From: Flavobacteriales bacterium
GTDB lineage: Bacteria; Bacteroidota; Bacteroidia; CAIKAF01
Length of the DNA: 64,000 nucleotides
Direction: 5' to 3'
Assembly: GCA_025451235.1 (NCBI GenBank)
Contig: JANWKT010000034.1
Location: forward strand, 77,014-141,013
The position numbers and the translations under genes are program-made. Below, piece after piece: positions 8,289-18,269 of the stretch. Every line of letters starts with the position of its first letter. Within the stretch, counting starts at the first letter, position 1. The notes beneath the pieces were generated by a model. It did no database searches. It saw only the letters and a list, made by a program, of their open reading frames with translations, and was not told the origin of the DNA.

Positions 8289-10643
8289 TTACCACTCAAA
8301 TGATACCCCAAAATTGTACATAATAGGCAACTGGTATATCTTCTGGAAGGTTACCCTGTCCAGATAGAAAATATTTCTGCGGTTATACAGATTACTTCCA
8401 CCCACATTTACCTCCATTTTACCTACTTGTTTATTTTTCTTATTCTTGAAGGTAAAGGATTTCTTGAAATTTATATCCAATCGATGGTACCACGGAAGCT
8501 GACCTGTATTAGGTCCGGCATATTCTATGGCAACTGTTCCGTTGTTGGTGGTATAATCTGTATTGATCCCATCCGAAAAATCAAGAAACTCGTAAAAACC
8601 CTGGGTCTGCGTAAAAGGAAAACCAGATCCAAGGTTCCATCTTACACTTACTTCCCAATCCTGGTTCTTTCCCCATACATAATTCCCAACCATGTTAATG
8701 TTATGTTGACGGGCAAAATGAGGAGTATAGGTGTTTATTTCATCCGTTCTTTCTGTTTTCAGGAATGAATATACCAACCATAAATAAAAATTATGGTTTT
8801 TAACTTTGTATTCAAATTTTACGGTTGCATCCAATCCTGCCGCATAGCCATATTCAACGATTACGTCGCTAACCAGGTAATCAGGGGTGCCTGCAGGTTG
8901 CGAACCTTCGTTATATTGCTTGTTACGGTTTACGTTCAATAGCTGGCTAAAGTTCATAAAATAACCTTCAACATTTATATCAACATACTTGCCAATGTCG
9001 AATTCCATTCCGAAGATCCCATGCTGAGATTTTGACAAACGACTGGTTACTTTATTTCCTCTATAAGTATCTGGTAAATTTTCGACCCCGCTTAAGAACC
9101 CATAAAATAAGTTCACCACATCTCTGTCTGAATTAGCAGCTACCAGGTTTTGAGAATACATACCACCGGCCAGTTTTAATCTCCACCAATCTCTTAAGTT
9201 GTATTTAACCGAAAGTCTTGGTTCCGGACTTACTTCACCTATGGATGCATAATAATGTAACCGGAAACTGGGTTCAAATACAAAACCCCATTTATTGATC
9301 TTACCTCTTGCAAAAGCAGCAATTTCAGTGGTGCTGTTATCATTGGTAATTCGAACACTATATGGATTGTCATAATTTAAATTGGTAAAAGCTCCTGAAG
9401 CTTCCAATCCATAGGTAACCCTGTTGTTGCCATAGAACTGGTGAAAATTCAGGTTAAAATTAAATCCATTCACCGTACTTTCTCTTACCAGGTCTTGTTC
9501 GTTTTCCTCCACCATTTTAATATTGTAATTGCTATAAGCAAATACTCCATCAATCCTTACGTTGGCATTTCCAGGTACTACAATAAAATTCAAACCACCT
9601 CCGGCAGAATTCCAGTTCAAGTTCGTGATGCTATTGAAATTTACATAATCATTATGGCTAAAACCGAAAATATTGATCTTGCTTCCACCATCTCCTGCAT
9701 TCACCGAAATTTTACCATAGATATCCCAGAAATTATAAGGTAAACCAACGGTTACCGAATTATTGGCAGAAGAGTTAGCATATGGATAAAATATACGAGA
9801 TGAATATTCAAGGAATGATCCCCTTGCATTCAACAGAAAAGAAGCACTACTCCCTCCGGTATCTTTTAATTTTTTGATAGGTCCTTCCAAAATTAACTTG
9901 GTAGAAATAGGAGTACCTCCAATCTTTCCTGAAAATTTTCTGCGATTGCCATCTCTCATTTGAATATCCATGATAGAAGAAATCCTTCCACCATATTGGG
10001 CCCCAAATCCTCCGGTATATACATCTGCATTCCGGATAAGGTCTGAATCAAAAACCGATAAAATACCAATGGAGTGAAAAGGATTATAAATAACTGCTCC
10101 ATCCATGATCACTTTATTTTGGATAGGGGGTCCTCCTCGTATGTATAACTGACCTCCCTGGTCACCCGTCATGGTTACTCCAGGTAAAACCACCAATGCT
10201 CCAATCAAATCCTGCTCCCCCATCCCGGCTGGAACTCTTTTGATATCTATCTGTCCAATGCTGATCGTAGAAACAATCGCATCCGTTCTTTTCCAGGTAT
10301 CTTTTACGATATATTCATTTATTTCCACAGGCGCATCGGCCAAACGGATCACACCCATGTTCACGGGTTTATCCACTTCTATTTTCACGGTATCCACAAA
10401 CTTTTGATGGCCTTGCAGGGTGATCTCAATTACATATTGCCCTATAGGCACACCTGCAAATCCAAATGATCCTTCATGGTCAGCGGGTGCTCCATCGAAA
10501 TAACCATTTCCGGTAATTTTTACGGTGGCATAAGCAGCAGGGTCTCCCCCCTTATCCAAAACGGTTCCTTTAACAAAACCTTTCTGAGCAAAAATAAGAG
10601 TGGGTAGGACAAAAAAGAGAATAGAGAGATAGTTCTTAAGCAT
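8289..10643 (-). CDS. TonB-dependent receptor-like outer-membrane protein with an N-terminal carboxypeptidase-regulatory-like domain
   Basis: Signal peptide. A CarbopepD_reg-like segment (GTVLDKGG..ATVKI...GQYVIEITLQGHQ). A plug-like region, then a long beta-strand-rich region with alternating aromatics that ends in ...FGVSFEW. The start was moved to the Met at 10643 (MLKNYLSILFF), which gives a plausible signal peptide. Confidence 0.7.
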   Translation of the reverse strand: MLKNYLSILFFVLPTLIFAQKGFVKGTVLDKGGDPAAYATVKITGNGYFDGAPADHEGSFGFAGVPIGQYVIEITLQGHQKFVDTVKIEVDKPVNMGVIRLADAPVEINEYIVKDTWKRTDAIVSTISIGQIDIKRVPAGMGEQDLIGALVVLPGVTMTGDQGGQLYIRGGPPIQNKVIMDGAVIYNPFHSIGILSVFDSDLIRNADVYTGGFGAQYGGRISSIMDIQMRDGNRRKFSGKIGGTPISTKLILEGPIKKLKDTGGSSASFLLNARGSFLEYSSRIFYPYANSSANNSVTVGLPYNFWDIYGKISVNAGDGGSKINIFGFSHNDYVNFNSITNLNWNSAGGGLNFIVVPGNANVRIDGVFAYSNYNIKMVEENEQDLVRESTVNGFNFNLNFHQFYGNNRVTYGLEASGAFTNLNYDNPYSVRITNDNSTTEIAAFARGKINKWGFVFEPSFRLHYYASIGEVSPEPRLSVKYNLRDWWRLKLAGGMYSQNLVAANSDRDVVNLFYGFLSGVENLPDTYRGNKVTSRLSKSQHGIFGMEFDIGKYVDINVEGYFMNFSQLLNVNRNKQYNEGSQPAGTPDYLVSDVIVEYGYAAGLDATVKFEYKVKNHNFYLWLVYSFLKTERTDEINTYTPHFARQHNINMVGNYVWGKNQDWEVSVRWNLGSGFPFTQTQGFYEFLDFSDGINTDYTTNNGTVAIEYAGPNTGQLPWYHRLDINFKKSFTFKNKKNKQVGKMEVNVGGSNLYNRRNIFYLDRVTFQKIYQLPIMYNFGVSFEW

Positions 10644-10879
10644 GTATTTGGCTATTTCAAGATACAAATATATAGGTTTATTGGTATTGACCATTTACAA
10701 ATTATAAGGGTTATCGGGCAAGAAAACCTAACACCTTCTAAAACCAGCCGTGGACCTGGATTTTCGCCTCCTGGTTGTAGTACCACCCGGGGGTATTTTT
10801 AGACCATAAATCCCAGGCGTTTAGCGTAACTCGGGAACTTCGGGTATTTTGAAAGGCAAGGATGTTGGGCGCAAAAGAA

Positions 10880-11602
10880 TCATTGCAATCCGTTGGTCCT
10901 TTTTAAAATTTCAATCAGGGTTCCTGCCTCATGTGATTTTGCTGAGGGAACCGGAAATTTGGCAAAGGTTTGGGTCCTTCCATGTTTAGAAGGATAACTA
11001 TATGTGATCTTGATCTCCAGCAATAATTCCGTTTTTGGCAATAGCTCAATATTTTCCATTTTGTTTTTCCTTCCGCCCCAGGTATGAAAAATACCCCCCA
11101 AATAATAACTTTTTTTTCCCAAAATGAGTTGAGGGTGATTTTTTCTTCGCTGTTGTACTTGCTTATACCTGCGTACCAAAAGAAATACGATCAGCAGGGC
11201 TACTGCCATATATACAAGGATCATTTCCGGATGGCCGAAACTTGAACTGGCAATTAATCCTGTAAACAGAAAAAACCCTCCTGCTACGATGGCCACTACA
11301 ATAGCCATCTTCGATTTTTTTTTCTGGTCACTCTTTAAATATTCTTCCCATTCCTGTTGATTAAAGGTCCATTCCACAAAATAATCCCTTTCATCCATGA
11401 ATTTTTGTAGTTGCCTGGATTGAACCATAGATACCACAAACCCAAGCAGAGAAATCACCAATACAAAGCTGGCAGGGACCATCAAAGATCCCGCATAGCT
11501 CATATCCTCCTCACTTACTACCAGTGCGGTAATCATTAAAGCAATCGTCATGAGGAATAATACCAGCCAAAAAAGAATGGATTTTCTGGGATAGTTGATC
11601 AT
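10880..11602 (-). CDS. Hypothetical membrane protein with four predicted TM helices
   Basis: ORF with hydrophobic segments. No recognisable catalytic motif. Confidence 0.45.
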   Translation of the reverse strand: MINYPRKSILFWLVLFLMTIALMITALVVSEEDMSYAGSLMVPASFVLVISLLGFVVSMVQSRQLQKFMDERDYFVEWTFNQQEWEEYLKSDQKKKSKMAIVVAIVAGGFFLFTGLIASSSFGHPEMILVYMAVALLIVFLLVRRYKQVQQRRKNHPQLILGKKSYYLGGIFHTWGGRKNKMENIELLPKTELLLEIKITYSYPSKHGRTQTFAKFPVPSAKSHEAGTLIEILKRTNGLQ

Positions 11603-11627
11603 GGGTTAAAGTTTGGGTAATTATAAT

Positions 11628-11658
11628 AAAAAAAACCGTCCCGGTTAAACCGGGACGG
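11628..11658 (-). terminator. Rho-independent terminator of the M43 peptidase gene
   Basis: On the minus strand a CCGTCCCGG-tttaa-CCGGGACGG hairpin is followed by TTTTTTTT. It sits 30 bp downstream of the stop at 11686. Confidence 0.7.
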
Positions 11659-11685
11659 CCTTCTCTTTATATTATTTGAGCAATA

Positions 11686-14049
11686 CTATTCTATAATTAC
11701 TTTTTTTGTGGCCACTGCTCCGTTTACATTCAATCTTACCATATAGATTCCAGCAGCATTAAAGTCGGCATTGTGCAGCTCAAGGAATTGATCACCGGCA
11801 TTCATATTACCGCTGAATATTTCTTTGATCACCCTGCCTGTTATATCCACCACGTCGACCGTTACTTTCGAGTCCTCACTGAGTTTAAAATAAATCTGAC
11901 TGGTTGAATTCACCGGGTTAGGATAAATAGCATAATCTGTTTCAGCTAATTCATCTTCTACTCCAATGGAGGTTGAATTGGTAATATTGATCTGGTCGAT
12001 ATAAAAATCATTTCCATAAGGACCTCCGCTTGTCCACTCAAACATCACACGGAAATTTGTTGAACTGGTAAATGAAGCCAAATCAACTTCACCTTCATTC
12101 CATTGTGAGGCATCCGTAGGTACAAATCCACTTGGGAATAAACCTGCTGTATAAAGTGTATCACCACTGATAATGGAACGGGTTACCCCATCAATTTTTA
12201 TGGGACGTAATGACCAGTTCTCTCCACAGTTGGTAGATACATATACCCTTAACTGATCGTTGTTATAAGCCCATGGCATAGCGGATAATCTTGCACCGGC
12301 ATATTTAAAGTATAATTTTTCACCGCTAATGGTGGTAAGATCGTAAGATGCTGAGATCAGGAAATCTTTCTCATAAATGATATTGTTTCCATTTTCCATT
12401 TTCATGCATTTGGAACTCATATAACCGGTATTGGTTACTTGCTCCCATTTGTTAGCAGGATCAATTCCCTGGTCAATGACCATCCATTTTCCTTGCTCAT
12501 ATAAGCTGGTTGAATATTCAAAATCTTCATAATATACATAATTCGATTCGTCAGCTGTATTAGAAGTAACGTGTACATAATTGTCACGGGTTTTGGTGCT
12601 TACACCCTCCGCATTGGTAGATGTAATGGTTACATCATAATCACCCGGATTGGCATAAGTTACCACAGGTGCGGCAGTAGTTGAAGTACCTGGTGAGCCA
12701 CCTGGGAAATCCCATACCCTTGTGGTAGCGGAATTGCCTGGATTAGAGTTATTATAGGTACCATCTCTCATGGTGAGGGATTGGCCGGCACAGATCAATT
12801 TAAACTTGATGTAATTGGTGGCCCCATCCGTGCTCCACAGGTCAGCAACCGGAGGTGCTGAACATAAAGAAGATTGTGAAGCATCATCTGTTCCAGTAGC
12901 AATCACATTAGCAGGATCACTTAGGCTTCCTCTGAAAGCAACCATTTCCATGGTCACATTCATTTTACGATATTGTCCTTCTGAGAACATCCACTGACAA
13001 TTTTCATCAGAGTAGTCCATAAAATTCATCCATTGTTCACCTACCTGATAACGTAAAACAAGGTTTTGTGCATTGAGTGCTGAGTCGGTAGTATTGGTAT
13101 CTGTAATACAAGTTGCAGTTTTAGGCAATGGGAAACAGCCAGGTCCGCTAAAATTTTCACCAAAATGGATAGGTGTATCATCAATTCCATCACTTCCACA
13201 TTCTTCATCACCCCATATATGGAAAAGACCTAACCAGTGACCTGCCTCATGCGTTGGTGTGGCTCCTGATTGGCCGGATGCAGTTCCGGTAGTTCCCATT
13301 CTTGTATGGATCAACGCTACTCCATCGGTTGAAGTAAGCGGAAATTGACCACCAAAAGCGAAAGGGAATTGAGCATATCCTAATAAGGAAGGATCAGGGA
13401 AATTTTTCACGATCCATAGATTAAAATATTTTGATCTGTCCCAACCACTTAATTGTTTGAACATGGTACTGTTTTCTGCATCCTCTGCTTTTTCGGTATA
13501 TACCCTTACAATACCATCGGTACAATTACCCAATGGGTCTTTGGTGGCTAAGCGGAATTCAAATCTATTCAGCATTTGAGAACCAGGACCTGAGATATAG
13601 GCAGTATCACCACCATTAAAATAAGGGACTACGCTATCAAAGGCGGGAAAATTAGGTGGAGGTAAGCTCAGGGCTGCTAATCCAGGACTTTCCATTGCAA
13701 ATAAGGTATTCAATGCAGTGATCTGACTAACGATCTGTGCTCTTGAAATATTTTCTGTTCCACCAATATGCAATACATGCACAACTACGGGGATGGTATA
13801 TTTACCTGATACAGCCCTTTCCATCTCTCTGAGATCAAGGTGCTGGCTTTGCTCTTTCCAATTATTTTCAAATTGAAGGTAAGCTTCCCAGAAACCAGGA
13901 TATTGCTCGGCCAGTTTATGGATATCATTTCCACATTTGTTGTAATGATCCGGAGTTTGAGCAAAGGCTTGAGAACAAAAAGCCAATCCGGCCAATATGG
14001 CCATCGATAGTTTTTTGCTCAGTAAATGTTGGTAAAATTTCAATTTCAT
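11686..14049 (-). CDS. Secreted M43 (cytophagalysin/pappalysin-like) zinc metallopeptidase with PKD-like domains and a T9SS C-terminal sorting domain
   Basis: Signal peptide. Zinc-binding motif HEAGHWLGLFHIWGDE (HExxHxxGxxH). A C-terminal beta-rich region ends in 'IYPNPVNSTSQIYFKL...GIYMVRLNV...KKVIIE', which is a T9SS CTD. Confidence 0.85.
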   Translation of the reverse strand: MKLKFYQHLLSKKLSMAILAGLAFCSQAFAQTPDHYNKCGNDIHKLAEQYPGFWEAYLQFENNWKEQSQHLDLREMERAVSGKYTIPVVVHVLHIGGTENISRAQIVSQITALNTLFAMESPGLAALSLPPPNFPAFDSVVPYFNGGDTAYISGPGSQMLNRFEFRLATKDPLGNCTDGIVRVYTEKAEDAENSTMFKQLSGWDRSKYFNLWIVKNFPDPSLLGYAQFPFAFGGQFPLTSTDGVALIHTRMGTTGTASGQSGATPTHEAGHWLGLFHIWGDEECGSDGIDDTPIHFGENFSGPGCFPLPKTATCITDTNTTDSALNAQNLVLRYQVGEQWMNFMDYSDENCQWMFSEGQYRKMNVTMEMVAFRGSLSDPANVIATGTDDASQSSLCSAPPVADLWSTDGATNYIKFKLICAGQSLTMRDGTYNNSNPGNSATTRVWDFPGGSPGTSTTAAPVVTYANPGDYDVTITSTNAEGVSTKTRDNYVHVTSNTADESNYVYYEDFEYSTSLYEQGKWMVIDQGIDPANKWEQVTNTGYMSSKCMKMENGNNIIYEKDFLISASYDLTTISGEKLYFKYAGARLSAMPWAYNNDQLRVYVSTNCGENWSLRPIKIDGVTRSIISGDTLYTAGLFPSGFVPTDASQWNEGEVDLASFTSSTNFRVMFEWTSGGPYGNDFYIDQINITNSTSIGVEDELAETDYAIYPNPVNSTSQIYFKLSEDSKVTVDVVDITGRVIKEIFSGNMNAGDQFLELHNADFNAAGIYMVRLNVNGAVATKKVIIE

Positions 14050-14257
14050 AGTTGACCTATTAAATAGTTTGCGTTGCTAAAGTCTTAAACTTTCTTAATA
14101 ACCCCAAAAACATTTTCCGGTCATTATCGGATTCTTTTTCGAGATCACGAGGGCAAAGTTAAAGGAATAATGTTTTTTTCCAACCCCCTTTTCTCCTTTT
14201 ATACCAATTGGTTAGGTTCAAATATAGGTTTTGTCCTGTATGAATGGTAAACTTTAC

Positions 14258-14265
14258 TACTTTTG
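14258..14265 (+). promoter_or_regulatory. Candidate Bacteroidota sigma-A -7 box (TAnnTTTG) for gap
   Basis: TACTTTTG lies about 40 bp upstream of the gap ATG. No well-spaced -33 TTG is obvious. Confidence 0.25.
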
Positions 14266-14304
14266 CGCAAATTTTTCACATTATCCACTATTAAACCTAT
14301 AAAA

Positions 14305-15303
14305 ATGAGTAAAATAAATGTAGCCATTAATGGTTTTGGCAGGATCGGACGAATCACTTTAAGAGCACTGCTTCAAAAACCCAATGTAAATGTAGTAGCA
14401 ATCAACGATTTAACAGATAATAAAACGTTGGCCCATTTGTTCAAGTATGATTCCGTTCACGGCAGGTTTAACGGAACCGTTGAGGTTGATGATCAAAACA
14501 TTATAATTAATGGTCAAAAAATAAGAGGACTCGCTGAAAGGTCTCCGGAAAAGCTTCCCTGGAAAGATTTGAATGTGGATGTTGTGTTGGAATGCACAGG
14601 CTTGTTCCTCAGCAGCGATAAAGCAATTGGCCACATCAATGCAGGGGCCAAAAGAGTGGTACTATCAGCCCCAGCCAAAGGTGACGATATAAAAATGATT
14701 GTGTTGGGGGGGAATGAGGACACCATAACGGCGGAGGATAAAATAATTTCAAATGCCTCATGTACAACCAATTGTGTTAGCCCACTCGTAAAAGTAGTAG
14801 ATGCCATCTGTGGGATTGAGAATGGATATATGATGACGATTCATGCCTATACGTCCGATCAGAGTTTGCAAGATGCTCCGCACAACGACCTTCGTCGTGC
14901 CAGGGCAGCTGCGTTGTCTATCGTTCCTACTTCAACAGGGGCTGCTAAAGCCATTGGAAAAATTTTCCCTCATTTAAATGGTAAATTAGATGGAACTTCT
15001 GTGAGGGTCCCAACCCCAACAGGCTCATTAACGGATCTGTCGCTGATTGTAAAAACATCTAAAACTGCCGCTGAGATCAATGCTGCTTTTAAGGCAGCAG
15101 CCGAAGGGCCGTTAAAAGGTATATTGGAATACACCGAAGACGAAATTGTATCCGCCGATATCGTTGGTAATACCCATTCATGCATATTCGATTCAAAACT
15201 CACCTTTGTAAAAGGAAATATGGTAAAAGTATTTGGCTGGTACGACAATGAAGTTGGATATAGCAACCGATTGGCAGATCTTTGTGAAAGGTTGGCCAAG
15301 TAA
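14305..15303 (+). CDS. gap: Glyceraldehyde-3-phosphate dehydrogenase, type I
   Basis: INGFGRIGR NAD-binding motif and SNASCTTNC active-site motif. The start was placed at the internal Met (MSKINVA), which gives a canonical N-terminus. The tracked ORF starts 14 codons earlier. Confidence 0.95.
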   Translation: MSKINVAINGFGRIGRITLRALLQKPNVNVVAINDLTDNKTLAHLFKYDSVHGRFNGTVEVDDQNIIINGQKIRGLAERSPEKLPWKDLNVDVVLECTGLFLSSDKAIGHINAGAKRVVLSAPAKGDDIKMIVLGGNEDTITAEDKIISNASCTTNCVSPLVKVVDAICGIENGYMMTIHAYTSDQSLQDAPHNDLRRARAAALSIVPTSTGAAKAIGKIFPHLNGKLDGTSVRVPTPTGSLTDLSLIVKTSKTAAEINAAFKAAAEGPLKGILEYTEDEIVSADIVGNTHSCIFDSKLTFVKGNMVKVFGWYDNEVGYSNRLADLCERLAK

Positions 15304-15332
15304 TAAGTAGCTTGGAAGTTCATTCTTTCATG

Positions 15333-15415
15333 CCCACGTGGCGAAATTGGTAAACGTTGCGGTCTCAGAAGCCGTTGGAGTTAAATCCTTGGGAGTTCGA
15401 GTCTCCCCGTGGGCA
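15333..15415 (+). tRNA. tRNA-Leu (anticodon CAG), type II with a long variable arm; CCA not encoded
   Basis: Manual cloverleaf. Acceptor stem GCCCACG/CGTGGGC. 3-bp D-stem with an AATTGGTAAA loop. Anticodon stem GCGGT/GCCGT (two G-U pairs) with loop CTCAGAA, giving CAG. Variable hairpin GGA-gttaaa-TCC. T-arm GGGAG-TTCGAGT-CTCCC. Discriminator A. Confidence 0.8.
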
Positions 15416-15483
15416 CAAAAAGTTCAAAGTTTGAGGTTTGGATCTTGAACATATTGGCTTACATAGCTAATATAAAAACGAAT

Positions 15484-16125
15484 CTACCTTTTTCGGATCA
15501 ACATTAATCCATCCCTTACCGGCATCAGTACGTTATCCACCCTTTCATCCTTCAATATTTTATTGTTGAAATCAAAAAGGCTTTTGGTTTCTTCATCTAA
15601 TAATTCATAGGGTTCAATTACTTTTCCGCTCCATAAAACATTATCAGCCACAATAAATCCCCCGGGTCTTACGCTGTCAAAAACCAGGTCATAATAATTA
15701 CTGTAATTTTCTTTATCCGCATCAATAAAAACCAGGTCCCAGGTTTCTTTCAAACCAGGAATGATCTGGATAGCATCTCCTATAATAAATTCAATTTTAC
15801 TTTTTAATCCGGCCTGTTCAATATATTTTTCGGCTATATGAGAAATCTCGTCATTGATATCGATGGTGATCAGCTTTCCTCCTTCTGCCAGACCGTAGGC
15901 CATACAAATGGCCGAATAGCCAGTATAAGTGCCTATTTCCAGGACCCGGTTAGGCCTCATCATATGGCTAAAGCTTTCCAACACTTTGCCTTGTAAATGT
16001 CCACTCAGCATTCTTGGCCTTAATACTTTGGCCCAGGTTTCCCTATGTAACTCAGCTAAAACAGAGCATTCTGGCTTAGAATGATCGGTGGCATACTGTT
16101 CAATTTCGGCAGGTAAAAATTCCAT
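15484..16125 (-). CDS. Class I SAM-dependent O-methyltransferase (caffeoyl-CoA OMT-like, family 3)
   Basis: 213 aa. VLEIGTYTGYS SAM-binding motif and FIDADKENY motif typical of O-methyltransferase family 3. Confidence 0.85.
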   Translation of the reverse strand: MEFLPAEIEQYATDHSKPECSVLAELHRETWAKVLRPRMLSGHLQGKVLESFSHMMRPNRVLEIGTYTGYSAICMAYGLAEGGKLITIDINDEISHIAEKYIEQAGLKSKIEFIIGDAIQIIPGLKETWDLVFIDADKENYSNYYDLVFDSVRPGGFIVADNVLWSGKVIEPYELLDEETKSLFDFNNKILKDERVDNVLMPVRDGLMLIRKR

Positions 16126-16292
16126 ATTTTCTAGTAGTTAAGCGTAAGACAAATTAATAATAATAAACCTATAAGTGGGATAGATATTATTAACTAAAAC
16201 ATGTATTTTATTTTTTAGGCCAAAAAACCCACAAACAGGAAAATTTTACTACTTTCGGAACCTCTAAATCAAACCGATAAAACACAACCAAC

Positions 16293-18065
16293 ATGAACAT
16301 TACTCGGAACTTCGACTTGTTAGCCAACTTAAAAGAGAACCACAATTTCTCGATAGGTATTTCGGGCAAAAAGAATGGCAAATGGACCAATTATAGCACC
16401 AATGAATACGTTGAGGCGGTTAATAATGTGAGCTATGGTCTTTTAAAACTTGGTATAGGCAGGGGGGATAAAGTGGCCATTATTTCGACCAACCGGCCCG
16501 AATGGAATTTTGCAGATTTCGGAGCCAGCCAGCTGGGCTGTGTAACCGTTCCCATGTATCCTACCATTAGCGAAACAGATTATAAGTATATTTTAAATAA
16601 TTCTGAGGCCAAGGTCGTTTTTGTTGAATCGCTTGATATCTATCAAAAAATTGCAGCCGTAAAAAATGAAGTTCCCTCTTTACAATATATTTATTCTTTT
16701 GAGCATATTCCCAATCTCCCCATGATATCGGAGTTGTTGGAATTAGGCAAGAAAAATCCGGAACCGGCTAAATTAAAGGAACTGATTGACCAGGTAAAGC
16801 CTGAAGACCTAATGACATTGATCTATACCTCCGGCACCACTGGTACCCCTAAAGGAGTAATGCTTACCCACAACAATATCATGGCCAATATCCGTTCCAG
16901 CCAACATTTATTTCCGTTTGCACCCGGAAACAGGGTATTAAGTTTTCTGCCGCTTTGCCATATATTCGAACGCATGGTTTGTTATTTGTACCACTATAAA
17001 GGCATCGTTATTTACTACGCCGAAAGTATGGAAACCATAGCGGACAATCTAAAAGAAGTAAAACCGATTGCCTTTACAACTGTGCCCAGGTTGTTGGAAA
17101 AAGTGTACGACAAAATCGTGGCCAAAGGATATACCCTTTCAGGGATCAAGAAAAAATTATTTTTCTGGGCTTTGGCACTGGGTCATAAGTTTGAGTTGGG
17201 TCGTAAGAACGGAGGTTGGTACCATACCAAATTGAAACTTGCCGATAAGTTGATTTTTAGTAAATGGAGAGCAGCGCTTGGAGGCGAAGTACAGATTATA
17301 GTTTCAGGTGCTTCCGCATTACAGCCGCGGCTTGCCAGGGTTTTTACCGCTGCAGGTATTACGGTTTTAGAAGGTTATGGGCTCACGGAGACTTCACCCG
17401 TTATTTCAGTGAATACACCCGATGAAGCTGGCAGAAGCTTTGGTACCGTAGGAGTAGTGATCCCTGATGTAACCGTAAAAATTGCGGAAGACGGAGAGAT
17501 CCTTTGCAAAGGCCCGAACGTTATGCAGGGTTATTATAAATTGCCTGATGCTACTAAAGAAGCCATTGACGCAGATGGTTGGTTCCATACCGGTGATATA
17601 GGAAAATTTGTAGACGATAAATATCTCAAGATCACTGATCGTAAAAAAGAAGTATTCAAAACAAGCGGAGGCAAATATATTGCACCACAGCCCATGGAAA
17701 ATAAATTCAAGGAATCTCCTTTTATTGAGCAGATCATGGTAATTGGGGAGAATGAAAAATTCCCAGCAGCCCTCATTACACCAGCCTGGGATTATTTAAA
17801 GGACTGGTGTGGTAAAAATGGCATTAGCTTCGCGTCACAGGAAGAAATGCTTAGCAAGCCCGAGGTGCTGGCTATGTATCAAAAAGAAATAGATTATTAT
17901 AATGCAGATTTTGGAAGCTGGGAGACGATCAAAAAATTCGCAATTATCCCCAATGACTGGAGCATTGATGGTGGAGAAATGACCCCAACACTCAAATTAA
18001 AGCGCAAACCCATCATGGCTAAGTATAATACTTTCGTGGAAAAAATCTATAAATCCGACAACTAG
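16293..18065 (+). CDS. Long-chain fatty-acid--CoA ligase (AMP-binding enzyme)
   Basis: 590 aa. AMP-binding P-loop IYTSGTTGTPKGVMLTH. YGLTET motif. C-terminal lysine region. FadD/FAA1-like architecture. Confidence 0.9.
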   Translation: MNITRNFDLLANLKENHNFSIGISGKKNGKWTNYSTNEYVEAVNNVSYGLLKLGIGRGDKVAIISTNRPEWNFADFGASQLGCVTVPMYPTISETDYKYILNNSEAKVVFVESLDIYQKIAAVKNEVPSLQYIYSFEHIPNLPMISELLELGKKNPEPAKLKELIDQVKPEDLMTLIYTSGTTGTPKGVMLTHNNIMANIRSSQHLFPFAPGNRVLSFLPLCHIFERMVCYLYHYKGIVIYYAESMETIADNLKEVKPIAFTTVPRLLEKVYDKIVAKGYTLSGIKKKLFFWALALGHKFELGRKNGGWYHTKLKLADKLIFSKWRAALGGEVQIIVSGASALQPRLARVFTAAGITVLEGYGLTETSPVISVNTPDEAGRSFGTVGVVIPDVTVKIAEDGEILCKGPNVMQGYYKLPDATKEAIDADGWFHTGDIGKFVDDKYLKITDRKKEVFKTSGGKYIAPQPMENKFKESPFIEQIMVIGENEKFPAALITPAWDYLKDWCGKNGISFASQEEMLSKPEVLAMYQKEIDYYNADFGSWETIKKFAIIPNDWSIDGGEMTPTLKLKRKPIMAKYNTFVEKIYKSDN

Positions 18066-18269
18066 CTAATATATCTACGCTTCAAAATATTTGATTTTTT
18101 CAAGGTCATAAAAAACGACCCAGATCAATGGTATTTGGCCTCCTTTTTACGAGATGATGATGACTTGTTAGTAACACAGGGAAACATTATCCTATTTACT
18201 ACCAAAATTGTACATGTTATCTTATTTGTAATGTTATCTTTACTTTATATATTTGTTATATAGCGTACG

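Noticed and set aside
15424-15445. Possible terminator hairpin after tRNA-Leu (GTTCAA...TTGAAC)
   Set aside because: The stem is only 6 bp and there is no U-tract. It is kept only as part of the GGTTTGA motif observation.
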